Positions 63,287 through 64,000 of a DNA stretch of 64,000 nt are shown here, in pieces (position 1 is the first letter of the stretch; each line of letters opens with the position of its first letter). The notes under the pieces are model-generated. The model saw only the letters and a list, made by a program, of their open reading frames with translations. It ran no database searches and was not told the origin of the DNA. A program made the position numbers and the translations under genes. The stretch is from Acidobacteriota bacterium (GTDB lineage: Bacteria > Acidobacteriota > UBA890 > WLXD01). Location: assembly GCA_963666215.2 (NCBI GenBank), contig CAXWPL010000001.1, positions 224,001-288,000 of the forward strand, in the 5' to 3' direction.

Positions 63287-64000
63287 CTAGTGGCCCCGTG
63301 CCCGCGTGAGTCGCCGTAAAGCCCGCGCGGTTGCGTAGTCGGCAGAGGCGCGCATGCGGGCAACCTGGAGGCCAACCGCGCCGTCGCGGAAGCCCTGCTG
63401 GCCAACAAAGCGTTTGAGGAAAGCGACGGCCGGGCGCAGGAGGAGGTAGTACGGCACTTTCGAGAGCGTCACGCGTCGCCCCATGTCGTACCAATCCTCA
63501 GCCGCAAGGCGCGCATAGCGCTCCGATTTCGCGCGGAACACGGCCGCATCGTCGCCGGTGTGGTGATCAACGTGGCCGGACAGCACGGCGCTGCGTGAGG
63601 AATCGTCGAGAACCGCGAACTCGTGGACCCGGCGATCGTCGAAGCGGGCGCGGCCACGCCGAAACAGACGTAGGTGGGCTAGCTTGTACCAGCCTGAGTA
63701 GCGCACCTCGCGGCCGAACAACGTTGTCAACCGTCGTACCAGATAGCCGTCGACGAACGGACTGTCGGTTTCGAGCGCGACCTGGATCGCGGCGGCGAGC
63801 TCGCCGTTGAGGCGCTCGTCGGCATCCAAGAGAAGGATCCAATCGCCGGTCGCCTGCTCGATGGCAAACTGCTTCTGGAGTCCGAAGCGATCGAGGGTTC
63901 GTGACAGAAACTGAGCGCCGTGTCGCACCGCGACTTCGCGCGTAGCGTCGGTGGAGTTGTCGTCGACGATCACGATCTCGTCGGCGAACGGCACCGAGCC
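63287..64000 (-). CDS. GT2 glycosyltransferase, WaaE/KdtX-like beta-glucosyltransferase (5' end beyond the window)
   Basis: DEIVIVDDNSTDAT, QKQFA..ATGDWILLLDADE, RLFRR, VHE, GFRDG. Confidence 0.9.
   Translation of the reverse strand, partial: GSVPFADEIVIVDDNSTDATREVAVRHGAQFLSRTLDRFGLQKQFAIEQATGDWILLLDADERLNGELAAAIQVALETDSPFVDGYLVRRLTTLFGREVRYSGWYKLAHLRLFRRGRARFDDRRVHEFAVLDDSSRSAVLSGHVDHHTGDDAAVFRAKSERYARLAAEDWYDMGRRVTLSKVPYYLLLRPAVAFLKRFVGQQGFRDGAVGLQVARMRASADYATARALRRLTRARGH

Noticed and set aside
61434-64000. Genomic island integrated at tRNA-Gln(CTG)
   Set aside because: No integrase and no duplicated tRNA 3' end are visible within the window.

Overview
GC-rich chromosomal window from a diderm bacterium; the gene content resembles Acidobacteriota (inference, not tested). 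It is mostly housekeeping. The left part is a minus-strand run: tRNA-Gln, prs, rplY, pth, hppA, rpsF, rpsR, rplI, dnaB, alr, mlaE, mlaF. It continues with glyA, tal, a three-subunit acyl-CoA carboxylase, tamB, tamA, a SurA-like gene, holB, pdxA, smpB, folK, a sigma54 two-component system, polA, galU, serS, two tRNA-Ser and gltX. Main observations: (1) a probable ceramide operon (spt-bcerS-cerR) joined to MlaC-like, TolC-like and divergent MMPL/RND genes, a candidate sphingolipid synthesis-plus-export system; (2) a UxxC selenoprotein glutaredoxin missed by the ORF track, with an in-frame TGA and a SECIS-like hairpin, next to a DUF547 gene; (3) two IS481-family copies at NCTAGN sites, one at the glyA stop codon and one noisy copy cutting off the last 11 codons of tamB; (4) a sulfotransferase gene bracketed by two diverged copies of the alr 3' end; (5) a 280-bp element with nested inverted repeats after tRNA-Gln(CTG). 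No CRISPR array, rRNA or prophage was seen. All family calls come from motif recognition by eye; no database search was run.
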